A DNA stretch of 64,000 nucleotides from Folioceros fuciformis (Eukaryota): contig JBNGIO010005405.1 of assembly GCA_049999805.1 (NCBI GenBank), positions 1 through 64,000 on the forward strand, given 5' to 3'. The position numbers and the translations under genes were made by a program. The notes under the pieces were generated by a model. The model was not told the DNA's origin and ran no database searches. It worked only from the letters and a program-made list of their open reading frames with translations. Below, piece by piece: positions 37,284 to 51,303 of the stretch (position 1 is its first letter; every line of letters starts with the position of its first letter).

Positions 37284-38235
37284 ACTGACCTCCGCGTTCC
37301 AGACAAAATCACACTCAAAACCACTCGAGAGCGCAGGGTGGCACGACCAACCGGCACCCCGATCTCACGGGAGTATCCACGGTCGCACTTGCCTTGTGCG
37401 GGAGCAGTACAACATAATCTAACACCAACGCCACAATTTCTTCGAAACGCAAAAAAAAATCGTCCTGGTAGACATCCAATGCTCCAAGCCCGCTTCTTTC
37501 CCTCCGAGCAAACTTTGTTTGGGCGAAGTAGGACAAGCATAGGCTGCTTTCATTACATACAGCACCTTTGTACTTTGCTCAGTGCTGCCTCCCTCCCAGT
37601 AGACATTGTTTTGGGTGAAGTAGAACAAGCTCTCTGGAGAAAGTATGGTCATCACGGACCCCACTCGAGATTCTAAAATCAATGTACAACTGATCCTTAA
37701 CCCTCCCGAGAAATAGAGGGATGCCTAGCACTATGCATAATGAGCAACGCAGCATAGCCTGCCATAGACGTAGCCAGGGCTACGTCAAGCTCATGGAGAA
37801 ACGACTTCGTAGGACCACGCAAAGCAGATCGTCTGGAATCCCTACGAGCCGGGCCCATGCGCACGCCAAGAGTTTGGGACGACTTGAATAGATGGACACG
37901 CCACGTTCTGTTAACACCAACGACAGATGCCGCTTCACCTTGACCTGTTTCATTAAGTTAGTTAACAGTATTCTATCAATAGTTGTGTTTTCCTCGAGAC
38001 ATCGATTCGACTGGAAACAGGTCTACAAACGCCGGACCCCTACTACAGCGTGTATGTAAGGCTTGCATGAATGAGGATCAGCTCGCAGTCTCCTGTCGCT
38101 CACACATCGATTTCACCTAGCCCGATCCTGCTAGTCTGATCCACTGTGCTAGAGCCGCTTGCGCCATCTTGCAGCGCCATCAACGTGTGCCATCAGCGAT
38201 CATCTGTGGCTTCCACGGTGAACGCAGGGGTGCGG

Positions 38236-38831
38236 ATGAGCTCGCCTCTGCATGCAGCAGCATGCACAGCGCTGGCACTGCTCGCAGTGCTGTGCAATAG
38301 CCGCCTCGCCTCCGCGAGTGCTCACGGAAAAGCAACGTTCTACACCGATTACCTCCGTAAGTACACCCCGTGGTCCCGATTCCGCATGCTTGTCATCCAG
38401 CGGGAGTGTTCCTGCGCTTGCCAACGCATGCGTGGACCGTCCCACGTCCGCATTCTGCAGTCGCTTTGGTTCCGAGCATCTCGTTGGCCAGTCCAACGAT
38501 CCTAGCGAGGTAGTGGGAACGACTAACTGTGTGTCTCGCAGCGTCGGCATGCTTCGAGTACGACCGGGGCCAGTTCCCGGCCGACAAGTACTTCGCGGCG
38601 GCAAGCGATGCGCTCTGGAAGGGGGGCGCCGTGTGCGGCCATTACTACTGGGTGTGGTGCAAGTCGGGCTGCACCAACAAGAATGCCATCAAGGTGCGGA
38701 TCGTGGACAACTGCCCCTCGTCCGCCGGCTGCACCAGTACCTTCGACCTCTCGAAGGAGGCGTTTTCCGCCATGGCCGACCTCCGCACCGGGGTCATCGA
38801 AGTTGGTTACAAACTCGCCAATTCCGGCTAA
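38236..38831 (+). CDS. Secreted EG45-like / plant natriuretic peptide-like DPBB protein (2 exons: 38236-38356, 38542-38831)
   Basis: Signal peptide, then GKATFY..YLP|SAC, FAAASDALWKGGAVCG, VRIVDNCP and FDLSKEAF. Confidence 0.88.
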
Positions 38832-39102
38832 AACTTTCAACTGCATCAAATTACTGAACTGTACATACAATCTGGACCAGGCCGGCTAAACTAAACAGCT
38901 GACTTTCCAAAGTAAGCAGGCAGCTTATGCGTATGAGTTTGGGCAGCCAGAAACGTGCTATGATTATGACTTTCCTCACAAAAAGACTCACCGCCTCAAT
39001 AAGAAGGCACAAGTTCTAGCTACACAAGGATGCCATTTGCTACTACAATACTTGTCTTGTTACGTCTTACAGGCTACCTCTGCTAACATGTTGTACACTT
39101 GA

Positions 39103-42100
39103 CTATGGTGTGTGGTCTCCAACGCCGCCCGCCAGAAAGGTGTGCACTTCCTCGTCATGCGCTATCCAGCTCCAGCCTGGCTCTTTCCACGCACTTTCCG
39201 TTTTCCTGCGCTTGTCCACAACCCGGGCGTCCTCTAGCAGGCCCGCATCAGCATACATCTGTGACATCAACACGTATGCTGCAGCATTTGTGGGTTGCAG
39301 ACGCACTGCCAAATCGAAGACTTGTTCTCCCAGAGATATATTACTGTGCTTCCTGCAGGAGCCCAGCACAGACATCAACATGGCAAGAGTGGGCTGCATT
39401 GGCATACTTGACAAGAGCTCTTCTACCATTGTGAAGCGTCCTGCACGACCCAGGAGATCTATCATACAGGCATAGTGCTCAGCTCTGGGAGCTATCCCGT
39501 GATGTATGTCCATGGATTTAAAGCACTGCACACCTTCCCACACCAGGCCAGCATGACTGCAGGCAGAGAGAAGCGAAAGGAACGTGACTTCATTCGGCTG
39601 GATGCCTGCCAGCACCATTTTTTCGTAGCACAGGAGAGCGTCCTGACCCATCCCGTGCTGACCATATGCTGCAAGAATTGCATTCCACGTCACCTCATTC
39701 TTTGTGGGCAGACTTTCAAACACTCTGCACGCATCGTCTAAACTCCCACATTTGGCATACATGTTCACCAGGCAGCTGCCCACAACGACATCCACTTCCA
39801 AACCTCTCGCTCGAACCTGAGCATGAAGCTTATGCCCCGTGTGCAATGCTCCGACGCTAGCACATGCCTTCAGGAGACAGGCGAATGTAACATGATCAGC
39901 GGCCGTGATTCCACGGTGACGCATCACGGCATAGAGATCAAGGGCCTCCTGCCCCAGCCCGTGCACGACATATCCCGTCAGCATCACATTCCAGGTCAGG
40001 ATGTCTCTGGTGTCCAGAATGTCGAACACTTTCCGGGCATCATCCAAGCACCCACATTTCGCATACATGTCCACCAGACAGCTCCCGACACCTGAATTAG
40101 CTTCCAAGCCCATTCCCATAACCTGCGCGTGGAGTTGCTTTCCCTGCTCCAAGGCTCCGATGCTGGCACACACTTTCAGAAGGCAACTGAACGATGCGTG
40201 ATCAGCAGGAGTGACACTTTCCTGCTGCATGCTTGCATAAAGATTGAGAGCTTCTTGTACTAGTCCATGCTCGGCGTAGCCCATCAGCATGGCAGTCCAG
40301 GACACCACAGTTTTTGTCTCCAACTTGTTGAACACACTTTGAGCATCACCGAGTTGACCGCATTTTGCATACATGTAAACAAGACAACTCCCGACAAATG
40401 AATCGTTATCAAGGCCACGTTCCTGAAGCTGCACATGAAGCTGCTTACCCTGGTCCAAGGCTCCGATATTAGCACTTGCTTTCAGGAGGCACACAAATGT
40501 CACATGATCAGCTAGAGCCATGCCCTCCTGCTGCGTGCTTGCATACAGAGACAGCGCTTCTTGGCTTAGACCGTGCTCTTCGTACGCAGTGAGCATGGCA
40601 GTCCACGTCACCACATCTCTTGTAGCTGACTCGTCAAACACCCGGCGGGCATCCTCTAAGCTCCCACACTTTGCATACATGTCCACCAGGCAGCTGGCAA
40701 TGACCACGTCGGCTTGCAGGCCCATCTCCTGAACCTGGTCATGTAGCTGCCTTCCTTTCTCCAATGCCCCGATACTTTTACATGCTTTCAAAAGGCACAC
40801 AAAAGTTATGTGATCTGCTAAAGTAACGCCTTCTTGTTGCATCGATGAATAGAGAGACAGGGCTTCTTCACCTAGCCCACGCTCAGCATATCCTGCGAGC
40901 ATCACGTTCCAAGTCACCACATTTCTTCTAGTCATGTTGTCAAAGGCAGCCCGGGCCTCATTTAAGCTTCCACATTTTGCATACATATCTATGAGGCAGC
41001 TCCCCACCATCACCTCAGTTCCGAGCCCTGCTTCCTGTATTTCTGAATGAAGCTGCCTTCCCCGGTGTAGTGCTCCACTGCTAGCACACGCTTTGAGCAG
41101 GCACAAAAACGTGACATGGTCAGGGAGAGTGATTCCCTCCTCTTGCATATTTGCATAAAGAGCAAGAGCTTCTTGCCCACGCCCGCCGTGAGCATACCCT
41201 CCAAGCAGCGCATTCCATGTGACCACATTTCTCGAGTCCAACTTGTCAAAGACCATGCGGGCATCCTCCAACCTCCTACATCTTGCATACATTTCCACCA
41301 GGCAGCTCCCTATAAATACATCAGACTCCAGCACACTACTCAGGATATCGGAGTGGACCTGCCTGCCTGACGTCAGATCTTCAGCACTGGCACAAGCCTT
41401 CAGTGCTGCCACAAAGAGATGATTATCTGCCAACATCTGGGATGAGTGTCGCATACTCAAATAGATCTCGATTGCCTGCCTGGCCTGCCCATTATCAACA
41501 TGTGCCTCAATTATGGAGGACCACGAGTGAGCATTGGGAGCAGCAACTCCATTAAAGACCTGCAATGCATCCTCCAGCCTCCCATAGGCAGCGTACATGC
41601 GGATGACGTGATTAGCCAAGAATCTGCTGCCCACATACCCACTTCTGACAATGAGGGAATGCACACCCCTGCCAGCGCCAACATCTTTGTGTGCAATGCA
41701 CCTCTTGATGACCTGACGGAAGAAAGCTGCGGACACATACCACCCTGGCCGCACTAGAACGTCCAGAACCTCAACGGCCTCCCTCAGATGTCCCTCTTCA
41801 CGTGATTTATCTCCCTTGCCGTGCACTGTACCCATAACGGGAACTTGGGGGCTGCCTGCATTGTGTCGTGATCAAAACACCAGCCCTAAACAGTGTACTC
41901 ACATGAGCATTATCACCACAAGTGCTCAAGTTACCTCATCTGACATGTACCGGCATCACTGCGCAGAGCTAGCCAGCGACTTCTCCCGCCATTGTATCTG
42001 CCCAGGTGCCTCCGCTGCCAACAGACAAAACATGAGCATCTGTCAAAGAATGCATCATGCAGTGATTTACAACATCAGGAGGTGCCACAAGGTCAGCAGA

Positions 42101-42170
42101 TCCTCACCACCGGTAGTTGCAGACATGCATTGCTCTGCTGACTTCTACAAATCCTCAGAATCAACCCCAT
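39103..42170 (-). CDS. PLS-class PPR protein, E1-E2-PG box (E+), no DYW; organellar RNA-editing factor type
   Basis: The 910-aa ORF 39103-41835 has ~7 PLS triplets, HYACMIDLLGRAG, LGSCRKH, AAYVLMS and WKEPGWSWI...VHTF. Two inferred upstream exons (42170-42108, 42014-41951) splice in frame and add an Arg-rich targeting-like leader. Confidence 0.88.
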
Positions 42171-42786
42171 GTTGCGAGCCTGAAGGCGGACACAGTGACC
42201 GCCAAGTTCCGGAACGAGTTCTAACTTGTTCCCATGTGTCTATGCTCTCACCCGAAAACTGTCCTGCTGGAGGGCCTCATCTGTTGCCCTGCTCCCTGGT
42301 TGAATTTTTTTACATACATCCAAGTCTTTGATATCGGTCACGACGGACTTTTCGGATCCCAGCGGATACGCCCTAAGATCAGCGTTCCTGGAACGCATCT
42401 CTTCATCATTGATTGTCCAACGATCTGCGTGCGCTTCTGGATCGTCCGTTTTCACGTCACCGTTCATCGGGGTATCTACGGAGTTTAGCCCACTCTTTCC
42501 AGTTCGAAAACCCTGGCTAACTTGGAAGATCAAGTTTTCTTTCAATATCAATCACTCTCTTCTGTTCTCTAATTCCTTAGGCAACCGCATACTAGCCTTT
42601 TTTAAGTCCACCACCAAATGTTGTTCACTTCCACTCCAAATGGTATACATCTTGCCAGTTATCTAGTTGAGGGACAACACATTGCTATGCACGACGCTGA
42701 TATAATGTTTTCTCGTTGTCCACGTTCTGGATTTTCTACCCTTCAAGGAGCGCCCATACACTCTACTTAATAGCATTTCTCATTGA

Positions 42787-43063
42787 GCTAACTTCTCCTC
42801 ATCCAAAGAACAACATTTTTGTGTTGTTGAAATGGTCATAATAAACGCCCCATGGGTCTCAAATTACAAGCATGTTGTCCTCATCTCTACGTAATGGCGT
42901 TTCTCTTTAAGCTAACTTTTCCTCATCCACAGAGAACAATAGGTTTGTATTGTTGATGTGGTCGTCATAGACTCCACTTAGGTCTTAGTTTGCAAGCATG
43001 TTTGACTTCATTGTTGATGTGGCCGTAATAGACTCCACTCAGGTCTTAGTTTCCAAGCATGTT
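42787..43063. repeat. Degenerate direct repeats (~125-bp pair plus ~60-bp duplication) in AT-rich intergenic DNA, probably a TE remnant
   Basis: AGCTAACTT(C/T)TCCTCATCCA occurs twice; TTGTTGATGTGG..GT.ATAGACTCCACT.AGGTCTTAGTTT.CAAGCATGTTTG occurs twice. Confidence 0.6.
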
Positions 43064-43885
43064 TGTCAAGCATATCGGCCAAGATTCAGAAGTACACTCC
43101 TCTACAAGTTGGATATGATATATATCCCCCATGCCATTCAGACCCCATGGGGCTATGTGCAAGGAATTTTCTAAGTTTCTGAAAACTTGTGCCAAGTCGC
43201 TTCACAACAAGAAAAATGGGCTATGCCTTCTTCCGCTGTTGTATATTGTAGCATTCTTTGGTAGAGGGTTCCATCGCTGTATAGCAAGCATTGGCTAAAG
43301 TCATGTACTTGCTTCATTGTGTAGCATTAGGCAAGGTTTGTCCAAGGTGAGAAGGTTGGATAAGTTGTTGTTGATCAAGCTATCATGAGGAAAGGAAAAA
43401 TCCATTGAAGAACAAGCTTCACACCTATGTATTCCAAGCTTCCTTACAGCTGGAATCTACTCTACACTGGGTATAGGGAATGTGTGCTTCTCATGGCTAT
43501 GCTTAAATAAGGCTTTAAACCAAGATCATAAGGACACCTTTTGTGCGGGACACAAAAGATGGTTAGCATGAACACAAACGATGGTTTGCATGATTGGCAG
43601 GCTTGGAAGTTTATATGTAGATTCAGAAGGATGTATATGACATACATCTGAAAATGAAACGCAGCTTCGTCGTGGGTGGTCTTAGGTGGGGAGTATTGGC
43701 GGAAAAGAAAAAAAATTCCTTAAGGAATGAAATAGAAGGGGAAACCACAAATGTTGCAGGGTAGGTCAGTGGAGAACTAAGAGAGAGAGTGTAGACGAAA
43801 GGAATTGACGTAGCCCTTTGTGGTGCACTGCCTCCTTCGACAGCTCCCTTCCTTCTTTGTAACAGCACGTACTCGGCCTGCCACC

Positions 43886-45907
<2,022 letters not shown>

Positions 45908-47908
45908 GTAATTTGCCGCATTGGCAATGTGCAGTGGGTGCTGTGTTCGTAGACTTTCTTGTATTGACACGAGAGGAGCAGGCGAGGCTGACAGTGCACG
46001 GACTGATGGAGCAGGATTTCGCTGACAAGCTTATCCCCAGCGAGCTATTGGGCTCTGAACAACCAAGGGTGTTGGCACCCCTAACAGGCCTGTTGCGACA
46101 GCTAGGTAGGGTTGCGTTCTCGTGTCTTGGTTCTCTCCTCCATCCCGCCCTGCTTGATTATTTATGCCATGGATGTGAGACCCTGGTGGGTGCTCCACAT
46201 ATGAGTCTGCAAAATGCACGGCAGTTTGACAAGTGCAGCAACTGGAGCTGGATGTGCTAAGAACTAGGTCCCTTGTCCTACATTTGGCCTTCCATGCCTG
46301 TTCACTGGGCATGCAAGTCCAGGGAAGACGAACTCAGTGGAGCTGTCCGTTCATTGCATTAAAGGACACTGCCGTCGAGAGTCGTTTGGTGATTCCCCGG
46401 AGAGTTAACTAGTCCATAGTAATGGACATGCCCCTCCTCCAGACGGTCAACCCCCTCTCGATACTCTACGAAAGCTTTCCTTTTTTTTTGGTACGTGGAC
46501 AAAACTCCCCACCGATTCCCAGATCCGAATTCAGCATCCGATACGAACGCGTCGATCTGATGAGCAGATCGTTCTCTATCGAGCCCATGACAATGCCGGT
46601 TGATTCCGTGACTCTTGATTGCCAGTGAGTCGTCCAACAACCGCGACATTTGCTTTCCTGGTGCGAGTCTTCTAAATCTGCTCCAGGCGACGTACGTCAG
46701 TCTCCGCCGTGGTGCCTCAAACCAGTTGGTGTCCGGAGCTGGTTCCTAGACAATCTATTCCACCATTGTTTAGAGCTTGTTCCCAGAAAAAATGTACCAC
46801 AATACAGCCATCCTAAGATGAGTCTTGAGCGATCACATTGCACAGAACGCCGTCCAACTCACCTGTGTCTTAACCGATTGTCGGCAACCGCTGGACGTGC
46901 ACATGTATGTTCCTCAGTTTGGGAATTCAGCACTTGGAGCCTGGCAGTTCAATATTTTCCTTGTGTGTGCCAGTTCAATCTGAGAAATAAGTTGTCCCAA
47001 ATTTCACCGAATGCATGGAACTGCAAGATTTCTTCCATAGCGTGCACGCAGAGAAGTCTGATTTTCTCTTTGCATTTTTTGGTAGGACTTTAGGTTTGTA
47101 GCAATGATTTGTGAAGTGGGGGAAGAAAGGTGATGTCTCCACCCACAAGAGCAGCGAAGGGTGATCCCCTTCCATGTTTACAGAAACTTGAAAGAAATTT
47201 GATGTTCCATGCCCATGGTTTCACTTGTTTCACTAGTTTGTGGGCAACTTTATGTAGACTAGGTTGTCTCTCTAGGGTCCAGGTCCAGGGTGCATGGACT
47301 GGAGGCTGCGTCCCCTGCATCTCTGGACTGACTGACCACGTTCGGAAAAGCTTGAAAAGCTGCCCACTGGAAGTTCTATCTCCAATTTTGAGAAGGCTAG
47401 AAGTAGCTGTCCACCAGCCTTCGCCTGGCCGGAATGCAAGGCAGCACCTTGCCCATGAAGTCGATGCTGACAAGCGCAGAGTCAGAGATCACGTTTGGGC
47501 TGGTCTCAAAGCCATGCCTCATCGTCCTCATGCCGCTGAGGCTCATGGTTTTTAGGTTGGCAGTAGCTACATCCACAAGACTATCTTCACTGACCATGTT
47601 TCGTTTTTTCGTCACTTGGTTCCACGTGTGGGCCACCGAATCCATGACACACCGAATTCAGTACAGTCGTTCATTGCAGATGGCGGCGAATTGAGTGTTC
47701 TATACATGAATAATTTGTTACAATGGAACATTCCCTAATGATATGAGCCTCCCTCCACATATGGTGGGTGGTAGAGGTATGGGACGACATCACGAGTGCC
47801 TGACACAGCTTGGCTTGCAGCAAGCATGTATCTGACCCCTCTTACAATAGTGCAGCCTAGTCTAATGTAGCTAAGCAGCTGTCAACGTTGAGATCTTCTT
47901 CGCCACTG

Positions 47909-50848
47909 TCATGGCGATTCATCTGCTGGTGAAAATAGTGACACAGATTGCCATTGGTGTCGACTACTGACCTTGGATGCTTTCAGGTGTTGGTCGATCT
48001 TGTTCCCAATCCCAGGATCTCTTGCTAGCATCTCCATCAGACCGCCACCGTGCACCCGACCTTCCGGAAGAGAAAGCGAATTCATGTTGAAGGCTCCATC
48101 ATCGGAGGTTCTCGAGGTGAGGACCTCACCAAGCTTACCACGGCTCGAGGGGGTTATGTCAGCAGCGCCCAAGTTTTGCATCGACAAGGGAACGAGTACC
48201 TTCGGCGGAATAAGTGATCCCAATAATGTAGTCTGGGACGGAGGATAACTGCCTGAGCTGACACGGTGGAGAGTTGCTGAGGGAGTGACCAATACTCCAG
48301 TCATGGAACTGGTTCCTTGAGGAAGGGGCCTGGAGGAAGCACCGAAAGCTGATCCCACCACTGACAACCCACTGTCCAAACCAGACTCGGTAGCTCCTGC
48401 TGCTGGTGGAGCCCATGAGTTCGCGTTGGCAGTTTCCATTCGTGACAGGTCCTCTTCACTAGAATCGATGCCAGACTCACCGAAGTCACGCATTTCAGAA
48501 TCTCCACTTGCAGTTTCTGTGAGGCCTGTTGTGCTTCCTGATGGATCTGCTGTTCGTTTGGTCAGTGTGGGTCCTGGCACAAGCCCTCGAAACAGGCCAG
48601 GTGAGAGTCCAGGGCCAATGACAGAACCCGCATGAACCCTAGTGTCATGCACAAGCCCACTATGAGCAGCACAAAGGCCGGTCTTCCCCCGGGCAAATCT
48701 CTCACAAGGCTCGGGTTTCAACGTACCCCCAGCCAAAGACACACCATCACATGCGTATGCAAAAAATGGCGATCCCTCTACACCCCACTGACACCGCTTG
48801 CCTCCACCGTGAGCCTTGCAGAAATCTGTACTTCCCTGGGCACTCTTCCCACAAGCTTCGAACTTGCATCGCTTTCCTCCTCCATGTCGAACACAGTGAT
48901 CCGTCCTCCCCCGAGCACTTTTCGAGCAACCCTCAACAGCACAGCGCTTACCACCACCATGGGCAACACAGAAGGCTGTCCCCCCGTGCACACTCTTGCT
49001 GCATATTCCTCCCCCTTCATGCATGCATCTCTTGCCGCCTCCGTGGCCCTTGCAAAGAGGCGTGCTCCCCTCGGCGCCTTTATTACAACCTGCAATCATA
49101 CATCGTTTCCCTCCCCCATGGGCTTTGCAAAACATTGTACTTCCTTGAGCACCTTTGGTGCAACCTTGAAATTGGCATCTTCTGCCACCTCCATGCGAAA
49201 TGCAAAGCCCAGAATATCCCTCTGCACTCTTTGTGCACCCTTCAGTCTGGCATCTCTTTCCTCCACCATGCCTAATGCACAGCCCGGAACGGCCTCTGGC
49301 AGCTTTAGAGCAGCCCTCAGAGCTGCACCGGCGTCCCCCCCCGTGCCCTATGCAGTAATCTGTCTTGCCTTCGGCACTCTTCGTGCACCCCAGCTTTTGA
49401 CACCTTCGCCCGCCACCATGTGCCTTACAATACACAGTGCGCCCTTCCGCTCCCTTGTTACACCCTTGTTTCTCACATCGGCGACCTCCTCCATGAGCTA
49501 TGCACAAGCCAGAGGCACCTCGAGCCCCTTTCCCACACCCACGGAACTTGCACACTTTGGACACCTTCTCAGACGGTGGTACAGATGCTGAAGTGGTGGA
49601 CGTCGTGCAGCTGGTTGATGTTCTCATGCTCATCGGGAGCTCCTGCTCCACCCTATTCACATGACACTCCGGCACAGGCTCAGCAGGCCTGGGAACTTTC
49701 GGCAAATGTTCGTGTACGTGACTGCAAGGGGGCGCCGGATGAGGACTTCCCATCAGCAAAGACGGCATGAAACCACCACTGGTCCTCCATCGAGCGGACG
49801 AAGAACCCTCGTCCAACACAGGCACAGGACCACCAGATGCTCTGACAATTTCTCGGTTATCCACCGCAATTTCGCGCAATCCCAGCTCTAAGAGCATGCC
49901 AGACTCGCAGTGAGCCTTCCTCATGCTCGAAAGCTTTTCTCCTTCCCTATTCTGGCCAGAAAGATTCCCCATGGACCCAAGCTCCAAAATAAAACCCGGA
50001 CTGTTCTCCATGTGCCTGGACAGGCCACCTCGTCTAGTCCCCTCAAATGACCGCCCACCTCTGCTTACAGATTCACCAAGATTTCCCCTTTGACCTAACT
50101 GCAACTGTACACCCGAATTCAAGTTGTGGTCTTCGTCAGGATGATTGTAAACGGATCCAGAATCCCTCGACTCTCTGGACTGGCTGCAGTCCAGATGACT
50201 AAACAAAAGCCCGTCACATCCAGACCCGATGGACAGAAACCCATCAGACGCTCTGGACCTCACAGACGAACCCAAGAACGAGCCTTGACTGTCCGGACTC
50301 TCCGAGATAGTGTCCATCTGACCCAACGACAGAGTGGTGGGAGAATCAATATCAAAGCAGAAATTGCCCCCCGAAAAACTAGCAGCACCTTGGCTGGGCC
50401 GGATGTCGATAGGGGAGCTCCCTTGTCCCAGGACAAGAGAGCTGCCCAGATCCTCCTTCAAACCACTCCCCTTTGCACCCCTCTTCCTCTTCCCCCCGGA
50501 GGAGCTGGCTTGGCCACGCCCATCCCTGGGAGCTTCAGTTGGACAATCAATCTTCGGGCCCCAAGACCAACATCCAGCAGAATAGATATTACCACCATCC
50601 ATCTCCCTGGGAGTGTCCGTCCCGATGGACAAAGTCGTGGTGATGGCAGATTGGGAAGAATGCACGTACTGGAGGTCGGGATCATTCAACCTGGTCACGA
50701 GCTGCTCGCTTCTTCCATCCCCGCAGAAGGGAAAGTTGCTTCTCTGCTGCACGTTCTGCACTCTCCCATCTCCTGCATGCAGAAAACTAAAAGCCTGCGA
50801 GGATCCTGCCACTCTGCTGTCCCCATAGGATTCGCGCCGCCCAGTCAT
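47909..50848 (-). CDS. WRKY19-like Cys/His zinc-finger repeat protein (At5g64550/At1g64140-like), single coding exon, 979 aa
   Basis: Ten C-x4-C-x-K-x-A-x-G-x4-C-x2-HGGG modules plus a degenerate eleventh, L(E/Q/S)LG motifs, LDEGSSSA, and a C-terminal PEGRVHGGGL. Confidence 0.9.
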   Translation of the reverse strand: MTGRRESYGDSRVAGSSQAFSFLHAGDGRVQNVQQRSNFPFCGDGRSEQLVTRLNDPDLQYVHSSQSAITTTLSIGTDTPREMDGGNIYSAGCWSWGPKIDCPTEAPRDGRGQASSSGGKRKRGAKGSGLKEDLGSSLVLGQGSSPIDIRPSQGAASFSGGNFCFDIDSPTTLSLGQMDTISESPDSQGSFLGSSVRSRASDGFLSIGSGCDGLLFSHLDCSQSRESRDSGSVYNHPDEDHNLNSGVQLQLGQRGNLGESVSRGGRSFEGTRRGGLSRHMENSPGFILELGSMGNLSGQNREGEKLSSMRKAHCESGMLLELGLREIAVDNREIVRASGGPVPVLDEGSSSARWRTSGGFMPSLLMGSPHPAPPCSHVHEHLPKVPRPAEPVPECHVNRVEQELPMSMRTSTSCTTSTTSASVPPSEKVSKVCKFRGCGKGARGASGLCIAHGGGRRCEKQGCNKGAEGRTVYCKAHGGGRRCQKLGCTKSAEGKTDYCIGHGGGRRCSSEGCSKAARGRSGLCIRHGGGKRCQTEGCTKSAEGYSGLCISHGGGRRCQFQGCTKGAQGSTMFCKAHGGGKRCMIAGCNKGAEGSTPLCKGHGGGKRCMHEGGGICSKSVHGGTAFCVAHGGGKRCAVEGCSKSARGRTDHCVRHGGGKRCKFEACGKSAQGSTDFCKAHGGGKRCQWGVEGSPFFAYACDGVSLAGGTLKPEPCERFARGKTGLCAAHSGLVHDTRVHAGSVIGPGLSPGLFRGLVPGPTLTKRTADPSGSTTGLTETASGDSEMRDFGESGIDSSEEDLSRMETANANSWAPPAAGATESGLDSGLSVVGSAFGASSRPLPQGTSSMTGVLVTPSATLHRVSSGSYPPSQTTLLGSLIPPKVLVPLSMQNLGAADITPSSRGKLGEVLTSRTSDDGAFNMNSLSLPEGRVHGGGLMEMLARDPGIGNKIDQHLKASKVSSRHQWQSVSLFSPADESP

Positions 50849-50903
50849 GTTTCCTCACGCCACCCGCCCACCCCTCCGCCCACGTCCACAACAAGCTCTG
50901 CAA

Positions 50904-51303
50904 NNNNNNNNNNNNNNNNNNNNNNNNNNNNNNNNNNNNNNNNNNNNNNNNNNNNNNNNNNNNNNNNNNNNNNNNNNNNNNNNNNNNNNNNNNNNNNNNN
51001 NNNNNNNNNNNNNNNNNNNNNNNNNNNNNNNNNNNNNNNNNNNNNNNNNNNNNNNNNNNNNNNNNNNNNNNNNNNNNNNNNNNNNNNNNNNNNNNNNNNN
51101 NNNNNNNNNNNNNNNNNNNNNNNNNNNNNNNNNNNNNNNNNNNNNNNNNNNNNNNNNNNNNNNNNNNNNNNNNNNNNNNNNNNNNNNNNNNNNNNNNNNN
51201 NNNNNNNNNNNNNNNNNNNNNNNNNNNNNNNNNNNNNNNNNNNNNNNNNNNNNNNNNNNNNNNNNNNNNNNNNNNNNNNNNNNNNNNNNNNNNNNNNNNN
51301 NNN
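50904..51303. other. Assembly gap (400 N) upstream of the zinc-finger gene
   Basis: Run of Ns. Confidence 1.

Noticed and set aside
46359-47645. Short minus-strand ORFs between RPT5 and the zinc-finger gene
   Set aside because: No recognisable motif, several in-frame stops and no consistent splice model. It may be a decayed gene but cannot be supported.
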